Source of the DNA: Candidatus Thorarchaeota archaeon
Lineage (GTDB): Archaea > Asgardarchaeota > Thorarchaeia > Thorarchaeales > Thorarchaeaceae
Assembly: GCA_016840855.1 (NCBI GenBank)
Contig: JAEORO010000069.1
Coordinates: 64,001-128,000 of the forward strand
Reading direction: 5' to 3'
DNA length: 64,000 nucleotides
The notes beneath the pieces are model-generated. The model saw nothing but the letters and a program-made list of their open reading frames with translations. It searched no databases and was not told the DNA's origin. How positions within the stretch are numbered: the stretch's first letter is position 1; each line of letters begins with the position of its first letter. The position numbers were made by a program, and so were the translations under genes. This document shows positions 17,470 through 28,578 of this stretch, in pieces.

Positions 17470-18559
17470 GATCTCGCGGCATGAAGGTTAGTAACTCGGG
17501 TCCATTCTCACGTACACAGATCAATTCCTCAATTCTTATTCCGAATTTCCCTTCCAGATAGATTCCAGGCTCAATACTATGACACATACTAACCTGTAAT
17601 TCTTTTGGACTACCTCTAACTAAGTAGGGAGGTTCATGAACTTCAAGTCCAATTCCATGGCCAAGGCGATGAGTAAAAAATTCACCATATCCAGCATCAT
17701 CAATTACTCTACGCGCGATACCATCAGCAGTTCCACAGGACATTCCTGGTATAATCTGCTTCAGAGCTGTTTCTAATGCTCGAAGCACGGTTGAATACAC
17801 TCGTTCAAGCACATCCGTCGGGTCGCCTGTAACTCCTACTCTGGTCATATCAGTATTATAACCATCTAATGAACAACCGCAATCCATTAGAACCACATCA
17901 CCTTTCCTCAATTCACGGCTACCAGAAACTGCATGCGGAAAAGCACTATTCTCACCAAATTGGACAGCAGCGAATGTAGGAGTAGCTCCTTGACAGCGGA
18001 CTTCATCGTTTACTATCTGCCTCACTTCAATTTCAGTCATTCCCAAGTTTGCTTTCTGAAACGCTCTTTGGACTGCATTACTAATAATTTGACCTGCTTG
18101 TTTCATCAACTGAATCTCACTATCTGATTTCTTAAGGCGCATGGTATCAATAATGGAACTCAATGAGGCGGATTTGTTAAAACCACCTATAGCAGCTTCA
18201 AGTGCCCAATATACGTTGAGGGGAGTATGGTCATCGAATAGGACAGACAACCCTCTGCCCTTTCCTCCAACGAGGTCTGTCACAATTGCATAGGGATCCT
18301 CATCATCCGCCCAAGATACAAACTCATTAATCCAAGTATTGGAACGAAGATTGGAAACTTCGAATGCAGGAGCAATGATTTGTGTTTCTGAGTCTTTCAT
18401 TATCAGAAGAGCAAGGAGTCGTTCATGCATCTCATATTCGAAACCTGTTAAATACTGAAAACTTGGTGAAGGTGTAAGAATGCCAAAATCAAAATTTGAT
18501 GTTTCAAGATGTCTGCGAATTTGTTCGATTCTCTTCTTGTAAATAGATTCATCGAGCAT
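17450..18559 (-). CDS. pepQ: Xaa-Pro dipeptidase/aminopeptidase (M24)
   Basis: DCG, DMTR, HRLGHGIGLEVHE, IEPGIY, GIRIEE. Confidence 0.9.
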   Translation of the reverse strand: MLDESIYKKRIEQIRRHLETSNFDFGILTPSPSFQYLTGFEYEMHERLLALLIMKDSETQIIAPAFEVSNLRSNTWINEFVSWADDEDPYAIVTDLVGGKGRGLSVLFDDHTPLNVYWALEAAIGGFNKSASLSSIIDTMRLKKSDSEIQLMKQAGQIISNAVQRAFQKANLGMTEIEVRQIVNDEVRCQGATPTFAAVQFGENSAFPHAVSGSRELRKGDVVLMDCGCSLDGYNTDMTRVGVTGDPTDVLERVYSTVLRALETALKQIIPGMSCGTADGIARRVIDDAGYGEFFTHRLGHGIGLEVHEPPYLVRGSPKELQVSMCHSIEPGIYLEGKFGIRIEELICVRENGPELLTFMPRDLILIDH

Positions 18560-18608
18560 TTGTACGCTCTCACAACCAGAGATATCATAGAACCCTGTCT
18601 ACATAACA

Positions 18609-20066
18609 ATGCCGGTCACATCAATCGGGATTGCAAGAACTACAGTTAATAGGAGGACCAAGAGCCATCGAGAAACAGGAATGACCGAGACCGACCCTCT
18701 AGCAAAGAAGAATGAAGCTCGTCGACTTCCCTCTAGAGTATATCTTGTAGGTGCGCTAACTCAGTTCGGAGTGGGTTTGCATTCGCCATTTCTTCAGGCA
18801 TATCTTATTGATATGCAAGAAGCGCTAAGGGGAGTTCAGAATTTTATTGAACAAGGAGCATTTCGTAGTGTTGGAAATGTTGCACCAACAGTTCTCCAAC
18901 CGGTTTGGGGGGTAGCATCAGATAGAGCAAGGAACACAAGGGCATTTGTTGCATTTGGAACTCTGACAGGACTCCTTGTCGTATACATGTTCTTGTGGGC
19001 ATCAACACCTCTAGAGATGATCATTCTTTATGCCATTCAATCAATCCTCTTCAGTATACAAATACCAACCTGGCTTTCATTAGTTGGAGGATTGATGGAT
19101 GAAACAAACAGAGGCAATGAACTAGGCAAATTGGGTCTAGCAACAAATATTGCGTCACTTTCTGCGACACTAGTTTCAGGGTTCATCGCAGTTTTACCCA
19201 CACTTGCTCCATTCCTTCGAAATCTCTTTGGACCACTTGGTCTACTACTGTTCCCACTTCATATGGATGAACAGGCATTCAGAGTTGCGTATTACGGTCC
19301 ATTTTTCTTCACTGCAGTTGTAGGAATCATCTCATCAGTCTTGTCTTTAACAATCAAAGAACATCCTAAAACTAATGATAAATCTAAGAAATTCCCTCCA
19401 ATCCATCGATTATTATCTCAGCCTGGAGACTTTCGCAGATTTTGCTTCATTGCTGTGTTCTTTTCATTTGCTATGTCTATGGCATGGCCATACTTCATCA
19501 TAGTGCAGAAATCTTGGTTAAATAACACCAATCTCGAAATCGCAATTGCATCAGCAGTTATGACAATATCAATTGTTATATTCACAATGCCATTTGGTCG
19601 ACTTAGTGATAGAGTGGGGAGGAAGCCTTTAATCCTTCTTGGAAGAGGTTTCCTTTTTCTTGTACCTATAATGTACGCATTTGCTCAAAATGTATATTAT
19701 GTCTATGCGGCTAATATTCTCGCTGGGTTTTGTACAGCATCGGGTATGAATGCAATTACTGCGTACATATACGATATTTCACCAGAGGATGAAAGAGCAT
19801 CCCATCTTGCTGTTTATAATACCTTTATTGGAACTGTATATCTTGTTGGTTCATTAATCGCAGGAGTCCTTGGACAGACCATCTTTGAGTTATTTGGAGA
19901 TGCTCGATTTTCAGTCTTCCTTATGCTTATGTTGAGTGGAGTTCTAAGGTTTTTTGCCGCTTTCTTGTATATGTTAATCAAGGAACCAAAGGAGTACTCT
20001 ACTACTTTGTGGCTCGAACTTCGAGCACGTTTACCTGGTAGACGTCATGATGCAGATTTCGTTTAG
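18609..20066 (+). CDS. MFS transporter
   Basis: WGVASDRA and GRLSDRVGRK motif A copies; ~12 TM; start may be 18681. Confidence 0.9.
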   Translation: MPVTSIGIARTTVNRRTKSHRETGMTETDPLAKKNEARRLPSRVYLVGALTQFGVGLHSPFLQAYLIDMQEALRGVQNFIEQGAFRSVGNVAPTVLQPVWGVASDRARNTRAFVAFGTLTGLLVVYMFLWASTPLEMIILYAIQSILFSIQIPTWLSLVGGLMDETNRGNELGKLGLATNIASLSATLVSGFIAVLPTLAPFLRNLFGPLGLLLFPLHMDEQAFRVAYYGPFFFTAVVGIISSVLSLTIKEHPKTNDKSKKFPPIHRLLSQPGDFRRFCFIAVFFSFAMSMAWPYFIIVQKSWLNNTNLEIAIASAVMTISIVIFTMPFGRLSDRVGRKPLILLGRGFLFLVPIMYAFAQNVYYVYAANILAGFCTASGMNAITAYIYDISPEDERASHLAVYNTFIGTVYLVGSLIAGVLGQTIFELFGDARFSVFLMLMLSGVLRFFAAFLYMLIKEPKEYSTTLWLELRARLPGRRHDADFV

Positions 20067-20133
20067 AATAGGATAGACTTAAGGAGATGTAGTAGAATCC
20101 TCATCGCCGAACAATTGAGAGGATTGCATTAGA

Positions 20134-20487
20134 TTGGAGAAAGAGCCCAGCTTTGAAGATAGTTGGAAGATAGAAATAAGAAGAGGCATTCTTCAATATG
20201 CAGTTCTTGCCATCGTAAATCGCCATGAGAAGGGAATACATGGTTATGGGATTGCGCGTGAACTTGAGGAGAAAACTGATGGTCTCCTTCAAGTTAAGGA
20301 GGGGACTCTTTACCCAATACTTCACCGGCTTCGGAAAGAAAGACTATTGAATGTGCATTCGGAAAAATCTGAATCAGGGCCTAGCAGGAAGGTGTATGTC
20401 CTGACGGGAGAGGGAGACCGCGTTTTTCGTCAGTTGACTGTTCTTGTTGGGGACATCTTTGAAAAATTGGAGGCGCTCAAGAAATGA
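20134..20487 (+). CDS. PadR-family transcriptional regulator
   Basis: HGYGI, EGTLYPILHRL, RKVYVLTGEG. Confidence 0.92.
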   Translation: MEKEPSFEDSWKIEIRRGILQYAVLAIVNRHEKGIHGYGIARELEEKTDGLLQVKEGTLYPILHRLRKERLLNVHSEKSESGPSRKVYVLTGEGDRVFRQLTVLVGDIFEKLEALKK

Positions 20488-20930
20488 GTGAAAATGATAT
20501 CGATCGTGTAATTGAGAAATACTTGAAGAGGATTACTAAACTATTACCAGATAGTTTTGAAACAGAGGATCTTCTAGATGATTTGAGGTCTCACATCTTT
20601 GAATCTTACAGAGTGAAAACAGAAAAGAGTCCGGATGAGGATAAGCAGATCCTGATTGCTGAGGTGCTTGAGGAATTAGGTTCTCCTGAGGAAATTGCCA
20701 ATGAATATGGTCAGGAGCAGGTTAAGAAAGATGAGGAAAAGAGCACGAGTGATAAATGGATATATTATACAATGCGTCTAGCTTTAGCAGTACTTGTAGT
20801 GGTCTTAGCATCATGGGCAGCTTCTATCATTACTGGAGGCGCAGTAGACTTTATGCTAGCAGTCATTGTTTTGCTTGCTTTTGCTGTTCTTGAGTGGTTA
20901 GTTAGGACACAACAAACAAAGGATGCTTAA
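20484..20930 (+). CDS. HAAS-domain membrane protein (PadR partner)
   Basis: YLKRI...DLRSHI...LGSPEEIA followed by two TM helices; ATGA overlap with padR. Confidence 0.8.
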   Translation: MSENDIDRVIEKYLKRITKLLPDSFETEDLLDDLRSHIFESYRVKTEKSPDEDKQILIAEVLEELGSPEEIANEYGQEQVKKDEEKSTSDKWIYYTMRLALAVLVVVLASWAASIITGGAVDFMLAVIVLLAFAVLEWLVRTQQTKDA

Positions 20931-20932
20931 TC

Positions 20933-21502
20933 ATGCCTGTAAAAACATTTTACTTCGATAATGCGTCTCCGAACCATACGGAAAAGGTTCTAACAATAGT
21001 TAGAGAGCATCTCATCGAGAATCCTGCTATTGAATATGTTGTTGCTGCAACAACTGAAGGTGCTACTGGTATTGCAGCAGCCAAAGAATTCACAGATAAG
21101 AAGGTAGTAGTTGTATCACATCAAACTGGATTCGCAATCGAGAATAAGAACGAGCTCAGTGATGAAAATAAACAAGAAATTGAAAAGTTTGGAGCAAAGG
21201 TACTAACTGCAACGCACGCTTTTGCTGGCGTCGCTCGGAGCTTTAGAAAAGAATTAGGTACTTGGATGACTACTGAAATCGTTGCTGTGGCTTTGAAAAC
21301 TTTCGGTCAAGGGACGAAGGTTTGTGCAGAGATTGCCATGATGGCAGCAGACGCAGGCTTGGTCCCCGTTAACAAAGATATTGTATGTGTCGCGGGGACG
21401 GGGAGAGGAGCAGATACTGCATGGTTAATTAGAGCTGCATACTCTCACAAATTTCCTAAAATGAGAATGAAAGCCTGCTTGTGCAAACCTATAGAATTCT
21501 AA
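20933..21502 (+). CDS. Pyruvate kinase C-terminal-like domain protein (COG1751-like)
   Basis: [36 protein letters not shown]. Confidence 0.8.
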   Translation: MPVKTFYFDNASPNHTEKVLTIVREHLIENPAIEYVVAATTEGATGIAAAKEFTDKKVVVVSHQTGFAIENKNELSDENKQEIEKFGAKVLTATHAFAGVARSFRKELGTWMTTEIVAVALKTFGQGTKVCAEIAMMAADAGLVPVNKDIVCVAGTGRGADTAWLIRAAYSHKFPKMRMKACLCKPIEF

Positions 21503-22539
21503 CTGAATAAATCATGAAATCGAGAGAGATACTCTTTCTGTTCCTTATTGATTTTCTGAGGAATGTGAATGTTCACTCTAACAAGCTGATCTCCACTCCG
21601 ACCATCCTCGGTATGGACACCTTTGCCCTTCATGCGGAAGAGGGTTCCGCCTCCAGTACCTTGTTTTACTTTAATCATACTATTTCCCCACATTGTTGGT
21701 ACTTCAACATCTCCGCCTAAAACTGCTACTGAGAAGGGGATGTCAGTTTCAAGGTAGACATGAAGACCTCTTCTTACAAAGAGCTTGTGGGTTTCCACTG
21801 AGAACATAAGAATGAGATCTCCTGGAGGACCACCTCGAGCACCAAAATTACCTCCACCTTGGATGCGTATCCCCTGTCCATCTTCTATTCCAGGAGGTAT
21901 AGGAACTGTGGTTTCTTTCCGTTCATCTTGCAGTCCCGCCCCCTTGCATTTGGGGCATGGCGTATCAATTGATTCTCCAAGTCCATGACAGGTTGGACAT
22001 GTCTGCGCAACACTCATGAACCCACCCATTGACCTCACAACTTGCCCCTGACCATTGCAGGTCCTGCACGTTATAGGCGCAGTACCGGGTTTGGCTCCAC
22101 TTCCGCCACAATTCTCACAACTGACCTTTCTTTTGAAAGCAATCTCCTTTTCAGTCCCAAAGAATGCTTCATCAAAACTTAATTTGATTGTCATTCGTAA
22201 CGTTTGACCAGGAGATGGACCCGCTCTTCCTCTTCGTCCAAAGCCGATATCGCCAAACCCTCCAAATCCACGAAATAGAGAACTAAAGATATCTCCAAAC
22301 CCATCCATGTTAATACCTTGAAAATCTGCAGTACCGTAACGATCGTAGTTTGCACGTTTCTCAGAATCACTTAAGACATCGTAGGCTTCATTGATTCGTT
22401 TCAGTTTCTCCTCTGCGTTTTTGTCAGGATTGCGATCTGGATGATACTGTTTGGCTAGACGACGATATGCTTTCCTTATTTCATCCTGGGTTGCACTTCG
22501 ATTTACACCCAGAATGTCATAATAATCATCTTCTGCCAT
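21499..22539 (-). CDS. dnaJ: Chaperone DnaJ
   Basis: J-domain HPD, G/F region, four CxxCxGxG repeats. Confidence 0.96.
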   Translation of the reverse strand: MAEDDYYDILGVNRSATQDEIRKAYRRLAKQYHPDRNPDKNAEEKLKRINEAYDVLSDSEKRANYDRYGTADFQGINMDGFGDIFSSLFRGFGGFGDIGFGRRGRAGPSPGQTLRMTIKLSFDEAFFGTEKEIAFKRKVSCENCGGSGAKPGTAPITCRTCNGQGQVVRSMGGFMSVAQTCPTCHGLGESIDTPCPKCKGAGLQDERKETTVPIPPGIEDGQGIRIQGGGNFGARGGPPGDLILMFSVETHKLFVRRGLHVYLETDIPFSVAVLGGDVEVPTMWGNSMIKVKQGTGGGTLFRMKGKGVHTEDGRSGDQLVRVNIHIPQKINKEQKEYLSRFHDLFS

Positions 22540-22562
22540 AGAGTATCACCCATGATTTGGTA

Positions 22563-24452
22563 CTATTCTAAATCTTCAAAGTCAACATCCACAACATCTT
22601 CATCATCTTCTTTTGATGCTTGTCCAGATGTTGAATCAGTGGCTCCAGCACTAGCCATCGTGCTTGGATCAAATCCCATGGTGCCGGGTCCTGCAGGTCC
22701 TGGTCCTGCACTTGCATATACCTTTTCAGAAATCTTGTAGATAATCTGCTGGAGTTCATTGGTGCCGGATTTCATTTTCTCAAGATTGTCAGACTCTATT
22801 GCTTTTTGCAACTCAGCTGCTTTAGTCTCAAATTCCTTCTTAAGATCCTTAGGTACTTTGTCACCTAAGTCCTTGAGAAGCTTCTGACCCTGATAGATCA
22901 TTTGGTCAGCATCATTCCTAGTTTGAACAGCATCCTGACGCTTTGCATCGTCCTCAGCATATTTCTCTGCATCCTTAACCATTCGTTCCACATCTTGGTC
23001 CGAGAGATTGGTACTTGCAGTGATTGTAATAGATTGCTCATTTCCTGTTGCTGTGTCTTTAGCTTTGACGTTAGCTATTCCATTTGCATCGATATCAAAT
23101 GTAACTTCAATCTGAGGTGTAGCTCGTGGAGCCGGAGGTATACCTACGAGCTGGAATCGTCCTAAGGTCATATTATCAGCAGCCATTTTTCGCTCACCCT
23201 GAACAACATGAATATCAACAGCTGTTTGACCATCAGCTGCAGTTGTGAACATCTTGCTCTTTCTAGTTGGAATAGTTGTGTTCCGATCAATGAGAGGTGT
23301 AGCAATGCCTCCTAAAGTTTCGATGCTGAGTGTGAGTGGGGTCACATCCAGTAGCAGAATATCTTTGACAGATCCAGACAAAACTCCAGCTTGTGCGGCA
23401 GCCCCAAGAGCCACACACTCATCTGGATTGATGCTTTTGTCACCTTCTTTTCCAAACAGATCGCGAATGACATTCTGAATCATTGGCATACGTGTAGCTC
23501 CACCTACCAATAGAATCTTGTTGATTTGTTCAGGTTCGAGTTTTGCATCTCCGAGAGCTTGCCGTATTGGACCAATAGTGGCGTCAACCAAATCATCTGT
23601 CATTTTTTCAAATTGCGAACGGGTTATATCTAAATTGAGGTGTTTGGCACCACTTGCATCTGCTGTGATATATGGCAGATTAATGTTTGTCTTCATCACA
23701 GTTGAGAGTTCAATCTTTGCTTGTTCAGCAGCATCACGAACTCTTTGCATTGCTGAGAGATCTTTGGATAAATCAACACCAGTTTGATTCGTGAACTCAT
23801 CAACCATCCAATTGATTATTCGATTGTCCCAATCATCTCCTCCAAGTTGTGTATTTCCACTTGTTGAAAGAACTTCATATACAACCTCGCCTTCAACTGC
23901 GCCGATGTCCAAGATTGAAACATCAAATGTACCTCCTCCTAGGTCATAGACTAGGACTTTTACCTCCTTGCTTTTATCAAGACCATAGGCCAACGCGGAG
24001 GCTGTAGGTTCATTCACAATCCGTTCAACTTCAAATCCAGCTATTTTTCCAGCGTCTTTTGTGGCTTGTCTTTGACTATCATTGAAATAAGCAGGTACGG
24101 TGATCACAGCTTTTTGTATTGACTCACCAAGAAATGCTTCAGCATCGTTCTTCATCTTTTTCAAGATCATAGCTGAGATTTCCTGAGGAGTATATTCTTT
24201 ATCACCAATCTTAACCGTGTAATCCTGCCCCATCTTCCGTTTTATTGATCGAACAGTGCGGTCAGGCATTGATACTGCCTGTCGCTTTGCCAGCTCTCCA
24301 ACGATGATTTCACCATTTGGAGTAATTCCAACGACTGATGGAGTCAAACGCTTCCCTTCAGCATTTGGGATTATAGTTGGTTTTCCACCTTCCATATAGG
24401 CAATACCACTATTCGTTGTCCCCAAATCTATTCCAACAATTTTACCAGCCAT
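22563..24452 (-). CDS. dnaK: Chaperone DnaK (Hsp70)
   Basis: [32 protein letters not shown]. Confidence 0.98.
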   Translation of the reverse strand: MAGKIVGIDLGTTNSGIAYMEGGKPTIIPNAEGKRLTPSVVGITPNGEIIVGELAKRQAVSMPDRTVRSIKRKMGQDYTVKIGDKEYTPQEISAMILKKMKNDAEAFLGESIQKAVITVPAYFNDSQRQATKDAGKIAGFEVERIVNEPTASALAYGLDKSKEVKVLVYDLGGGTFDVSILDIGAVEGEVVYEVLSTSGNTQLGGDDWDNRIINWMVDEFTNQTGVDLSKDLSAMQRVRDAAEQAKIELSTVMKTNINLPYITADASGAKHLNLDITRSQFEKMTDDLVDATIGPIRQALGDAKLEPEQINKILLVGGATRMPMIQNVIRDLFGKEGDKSINPDECVALGAAAQAGVLSGSVKDILLLDVTPLTLSIETLGGIATPLIDRNTTIPTRKSKMFTTAADGQTAVDIHVVQGERKMAADNMTLGRFQLVGIPPAPRATPQIEVTFDIDANGIANVKAKDTATGNEQSITITASTNLSDQDVERMVKDAEKYAEDDAKRQDAVQTRNDADQMIYQGQKLLKDLGDKVPKDLKKEFETKAAELQKAIESDNLEKMKSGTNELQQIIYKISEKVYASAGPGPAGPGTMGFDPSTMASAGATDSTSGQASKEDDEDVVDVDFEDLE

Positions 24453-24454
24453 TT

Positions 24455-25066
24455 CTATTCACCACTTTTTTCATCATCTAAATTTTCTTCAGCACTTATT
24501 TTGACAGCAGGGACATCATGACGATTCACACAGACAACAGCAGGACGCAAAACTTTCTCTTTTAACATGTATCCTCTCTGATATTCCTTGAGAATTATTC
24601 CATCCGGTTTCTCTGGATCGTTCATCCTTTGTACAGCATGCTGATAATAAGGATCGAACTCTTTCCCAATAGAGTCTATAGGACGTACTCCTTCCATTGA
24701 TAAGACCTTGCTAATCTGCTGTTCAATTGCACTTATTCCAGTCCTTGCTGCGTGTGGATCATTCGCGAAATCTAACTCAAGTGCTCGCAGAATGTTATCA
24801 TAAATACCAAGAACTTTCAAGAGGATCTCTTCACTTGCAAACTTGGCTGCTTCCGAAAATCGTGCATCCATTCGCTTCCTATAGTTATCGAATTCTGCTT
24901 GTAGTCTCTGAAGTCTATCAAGAAGATCACTCGATTTTTCACACTCTTCATCAATCTGTGAGAGAAGAGGGTCTTCGGGAGAAAGTTCAATGGTGTCATT
25001 ATTTTCTAGATCATCGTCAGATAAATCCAATTCAATCTCATGATCTTTCTCGTTATTATCCTTCAT
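24455..25066 (-). CDS. grpE: Nucleotide exchange factor GrpE
   Basis: [32 protein letters not shown]; start set at MKDNN. Confidence 0.93.
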   Translation of the reverse strand: MKDNNEKDHEIELDLSDDDLENNDTIELSPEDPLLSQIDEECEKSSDLLDRLQRLQAEFDNYRKRMDARFSEAAKFASEEILLKVLGIYDNILRALELDFANDPHAARTGISAIEQQISKVLSMEGVRPIDSIGKEFDPYYQHAVQRMNDPEKPDGIILKEYQRGYMLKEKVLRPAVVCVNRHDVPAVKISAEENLDDEKSGE

Positions 25067-25270
25067 TCTACAGTCACACTGCCTAGTCCTAGTTTGCACT
25101 GACTGACAAATCATGCAGAAAGGGATCGTAATTGAGGGACTGATTCGATGTTTCAGCTCCCCTTGGTGACTTGGACCATTCCGTATCTAAATAAAGAAAA
25201 ACCTTTCGACATGGTAAAATTTGAAATAACCGAAAACAAAATCAAGGGGATTTTCTCGATTTCAAACAAC

Positions 25271-26017
25271 ATGCTAGACCCTGAGGATTTGAAACACGCA
25301 AAGCAACTAATAGCTAAGAGCACGAGAATAATCGCTTTCACAGGGGCAGGTATTAGTGTTGACTCAGGCATTCCGGATTTCCGATCTGAGGGAGGTCTTT
25401 GGGAACGATATGACCCTCATGAGTATGCAACTATTGAAAGCTTCATGCAAAACCCTACGAAATTTTGGACAATGGGTCGGGAACTGGTTGAAACGATACT
25501 CAAAGCTAAACCTAATGCAGCCCACAAAGCTCTCGCCAAGCTTGAAGCGGAAGGGAAACTAATTGGTGTGATAACTCAGAACATCGATAATTTACACCAA
25601 GCAGCTGGAAATAGAAATGTTGTTGAGCTACACGGGAATTATCTCCGCGCATACTGCATTGAATGTAATGCAGAATATGTAGGTGAAACAATACACCAGA
25701 GTGTTGCAAATGGTGAAATTCCACCTAGATGCGAAAAGTGTGCCGGAGTTCTAAAATCAGAGGCCATCTTATTTGGAGAACCGTTGCCAGAGATACCAAT
25801 GTCAAAAGCCATTGAGATGTGTCGTGATACTGACCTAATGCTTGTCATTGGGACAAGTCTCTCTGTGTATCCTGCAGCTTTTTTGCCCCAGCTCGCCAAG
25901 AACTCAGGTGCGAAGATCATTCTAGTAAATCTCGAAGGATTGAACCGTGATTCTGTAGCTGATATTGTCTTGAGAGGACGTGCATCAGATATTATACCTA
26001 AAATAGTAGATCACTAG
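25271..26017 (+). CDS. cobB: NAD-dependent deacylase (sirtuin)
   Basis: TGAGISVDSGIPDFR, TQNIDNLH, HG, two CxxC, GTS; start set at MLDPE (ORF opens at 25148). Confidence 0.93.
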   Translation: MLDPEDLKHAKQLIAKSTRIIAFTGAGISVDSGIPDFRSEGGLWERYDPHEYATIESFMQNPTKFWTMGRELVETILKAKPNAAHKALAKLEAEGKLIGVITQNIDNLHQAAGNRNVVELHGNYLRAYCIECNAEYVGETIHQSVANGEIPPRCEKCAGVLKSEAILFGEPLPEIPMSKAIEMCRDTDLMLVIGTSLSVYPAAFLPQLAKNSGAKIILVNLEGLNRDSVADIVLRGRASDIIPKIVDH

Positions 26018-26349
26018 GAAAGCAATGTATAAGCAAACCAAGAATAGACTCCAAGCACTCCTGGTATGACTATGACTGACAGGAAGATCGTAATAACTCC
26101 AAGGATGTATTGATTGTTGTCCATCATCCATAAACCCAGATACGAGAAAGCATAGGATATGACACATGTTGTGAATCCCAATAGAATGACAGGGAGAAGA
26201 GGTACCGCAATTGCGAGGTATCCTCCTGCTTGCGACCAAAGAACACCTCCGATTCTCAAAATAACAAAAAAACCTCTAACAGCTAGATACACGATAACTG
26301 ACACAAAAATACCAACATGAGAAAACTGTAAGCGTGCAGGAACGTACAT
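26014..26349 (-). CDS. Small hydrophobic membrane protein (3 TM)
   Basis: Three hydrophobic segments. Confidence 0.55.
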   Translation of the reverse strand: MYVPARLQFSHVGIFVSVIVYLAVRGFFVILRIGGVLWSQAGGYLAIAVPLLPVILLGFTTCVISYAFSYLGLWMMDNNQYILGVITIFLSVIVIPGVLGVYSWFAYTLLS

Positions 26350-26411
26350 ATTCGATTCGGCGCACTATTGTTATTAGTTCCTTTTTACGCTTTCTAAATC
26401 GGATAAAGCGA

Positions 26412-27425
26412 ATGTCTAAATCGGAACAAGGAATTCGTGAAAACCTAATGATAGATACGTCTTGGAAACTCGCAAGCATTGGGCAACTATCTATTCTTCT
26501 CGAGGCAAGTTCGCCAAAACCCGGAAACGTGAATAGACAATTCGGATTCTCAGATACAGATTATAGGCACTTCCTTGCAAGTGCCTCACTAATGGGAAGA
26601 GGTCTTCACCTTAGTGCCTCCAGAGGAGAAGCGCTAGCTGGTGGACAGTTGAATCCATCCAAACTTAGAATCGGAGAATTAATTCATCTCAGTACCTTGG
26701 ACACATTTACAGGTATTAACAAAAGGAATACAATACTTGGCACAATTCTTCTCTACGTTCCACTCATCATAGCAACAAGTGCATCAATCACAGAAAATGG
26801 ATGTTTTTCAATACAGGATTTACAAAACTGGTTGAGGAGGATTACAGAGAATACATCAGTAGAGGACACACGGAATCTATACAAAGCATTCCATCTAGTA
26901 AGATCAACAAATCCCAGAGCTGAAAGCTCAGCAAGTTGGACAGAAACTCATAGCAGGTATGATATCGATAATCCTCGTGTATTAGCGAATATTATTGAAG
27001 ATGAGCTGACTCTTTATGAGCTTTTCAAGCTATCAGCGGAAGTTGATGAGATTAGTAGTGAATGGGCTAATAATTTCGATTTGACTATCACCAAAGTTTT
27101 TCCATATCTCGATAATATAACTGATAATCTTGAGAACTTGGAGGAGGGAATTGTACAAACATTTGTTTGGTTACTTTCATTACGACCTGATGGGCTCATT
27201 GTGAAAAAAGCAGGCATTAAGCGAGCTGAGAATGTCAGGAAATTAGCTGAAAGGACAATGAATGCCTGGAATCATGATACTGGCTCACTTGAGTTAATGA
27301 AGAAGTTGGATGATGAGTTGCGTAGAGAGGGAAATGTTTTGAATCCAGGAACAACAGCGGATCTTGTATCAGCAGGTATCTTCTGCAAACTTGTTGCACT
27401 TGATTTTTCGCGAGAACTACCCTAG
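26412..27425 (+). CDS. citG: CitG-like triphosphoribosyl-dephospho-CoA synthase family protein
   Basis: LEASSPKPGNVNR, NTILG, PDGLIVKK, NPGTTADLV; exact start uncertain. Confidence 0.85.
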   Translation: MSKSEQGIRENLMIDTSWKLASIGQLSILLEASSPKPGNVNRQFGFSDTDYRHFLASASLMGRGLHLSASRGEALAGGQLNPSKLRIGELIHLSTLDTFTGINKRNTILGTILLYVPLIIATSASITENGCFSIQDLQNWLRRITENTSVEDTRNLYKAFHLVRSTNPRAESSASWTETHSRYDIDNPRVLANIIEDELTLYELFKLSAEVDEISSEWANNFDLTITKVFPYLDNITDNLENLEEGIVQTFVWLLSLRPDGLIVKKAGIKRAENVRKLAERTMNAWNHDTGSLELMKKLDDELRREGNVLNPGTTADLVSAGIFCKLVALDFSRELP

Positions 27426-27602
27426 AATCCCACTATAAACGACTACTGCAATAATGAATAGTATAGCAGCAGATGGGATAAGCATCATCATACCTTCTTG
27501 TCGTTTCCGTAACCGAACTTCATTTCTTGGACCAAAATAATATGCCAAAAGAAGAAACACTCCAAGAATAATCAAGAAAGCCGCAAGTCCTTCATGAGCC
27601 AT
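27417..27602 (-). CDS. Small 2-TM membrane protein
   Basis: Two hydrophobic helices with a basic loop. Confidence 0.7.
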   Translation of the reverse strand: MAHEGLAAFLIILGVFLLLAYYFGPRNEVRLRKRQEGMMMLIPSAAILFIIAVVVYSGILG

Positions 27603-27735
27603 AAAATATCGCCTGCCAGGGTCATTTCATTTCTTGTTATTAACATAATCATATTATTTCCTATCAGGATTTAAAGGTGGAATAGCTCGTTCAATAAATA
27701 GATAGCACAAGGAAAATTCATGTGTTGAAAATATT

Positions 27736-28002
27736 TTACACAAGAACTTGTCTGAAAACATGTTCAAACTTCATGCGTAATTCTCGAGCTCGTTCTACAT
27801 CAGCGGCATATAATGGCTGACGCATATCAGTAAGATTTGGTATTTTCTTGCATAGCTTTTGACCCATTAGTTTTCTTAAAGCAAAACTAACAGTTCTTGG
27901 TGCAAGGTCAACTCTACTGCTGATATCTTTAGGAGTCATAGGACCTTCGGTAGTCAATCTGTCCAAAACAATTATTGCACTGCGGGGTAGCTCAATGGAC
28001 AT
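27736..28002 (-). CDS. Winged-helix (MarR/ArsR-like) regulator, paralog 1
   Basis: GPMTPKDI...LAPRTVSFALRKL...PNLTDMRQPLY. Confidence 0.85.
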   Translation of the reverse strand: MSIELPRSAIIVLDRLTTEGPMTPKDISSRVDLAPRTVSFALRKLMGQKLCKKIPNLTDMRQPLYAADVERARELRMKFEHVFRQVLV

Positions 28003-28151
28003 GGAATCTGTACCATCCCGTATTTTGTGGTCCTTTCTGTTCCCACATAATATTTGCACGGAGTAATTAATAAAGAAACGCTTTACAGCAGTTTTATCAA
28101 ATTGGAATAGCTACTCAAAAATGAGATGCCTAAATTACTCATTTTCATGTA

Positions 28152-28460
28152 CTAGTGAGTGAAAGAGTGACCAGATGGCCTAAAGGAAGATGATATTTGT
28201 GAGATCAGACCTGAGTCAAACCGAAGCTGGAGTTCTTTGACTCGATCCATATTGATATGATAGATTGGTTGACGCATGTCTGCCAGATTGGGTGTCTTTC
28301 GAATTACACGTTCACGAACGAGAGTTCTAAGTGCAAAAGAAATCGTGCGAGGCGCGAGCCCTACCTTTTCAATGATGGTCTTTGGAGTCATTGGTCCCTC
28401 GGCTGCAAGGCTGCCAAGGACTAAAATCGCACTGTTTGGAAGCTCCATAGACATCTGCAA
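28152..28460 (-). CDS. Winged-helix regulator, paralog 2
   Basis: GPMTPKTI...LAPRTISFALRTL...PNLADMRQPIY; clearly homologous to its neighbour. Confidence 0.85.
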   Translation of the reverse strand: MQMSMELPNSAILVLGSLAAEGPMTPKTIIEKVGLAPRTISFALRTLVRERVIRKTPNLADMRQPIYHINMDRVKELQLRFDSGLISQISSSFRPSGHSFTH

Positions 28461-28578
28461 CTCACAATCCTACGGCATTGATAAATTCAAAATTTGAATA
28501 TAAGCAGTCTGTTCTAAGCATGATTCAGTTACACATTCCTGTATAATAGGATTCAAGAACTCCGAAAGTAAATCGAAA

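Noticed and set aside
20134-20930. PadR plus HAAS membrane protein pair as a novel system
   Set aside because: An already described, widespread PadR-HAAS module
25066-25271. Looked for a CIRCE/HrcA heat-shock operator upstream of grpE-dnaK-dnaJ
   Set aside because: No TTAGCACTC-N9-GAGTGCTAA visible and no hrcA nearby
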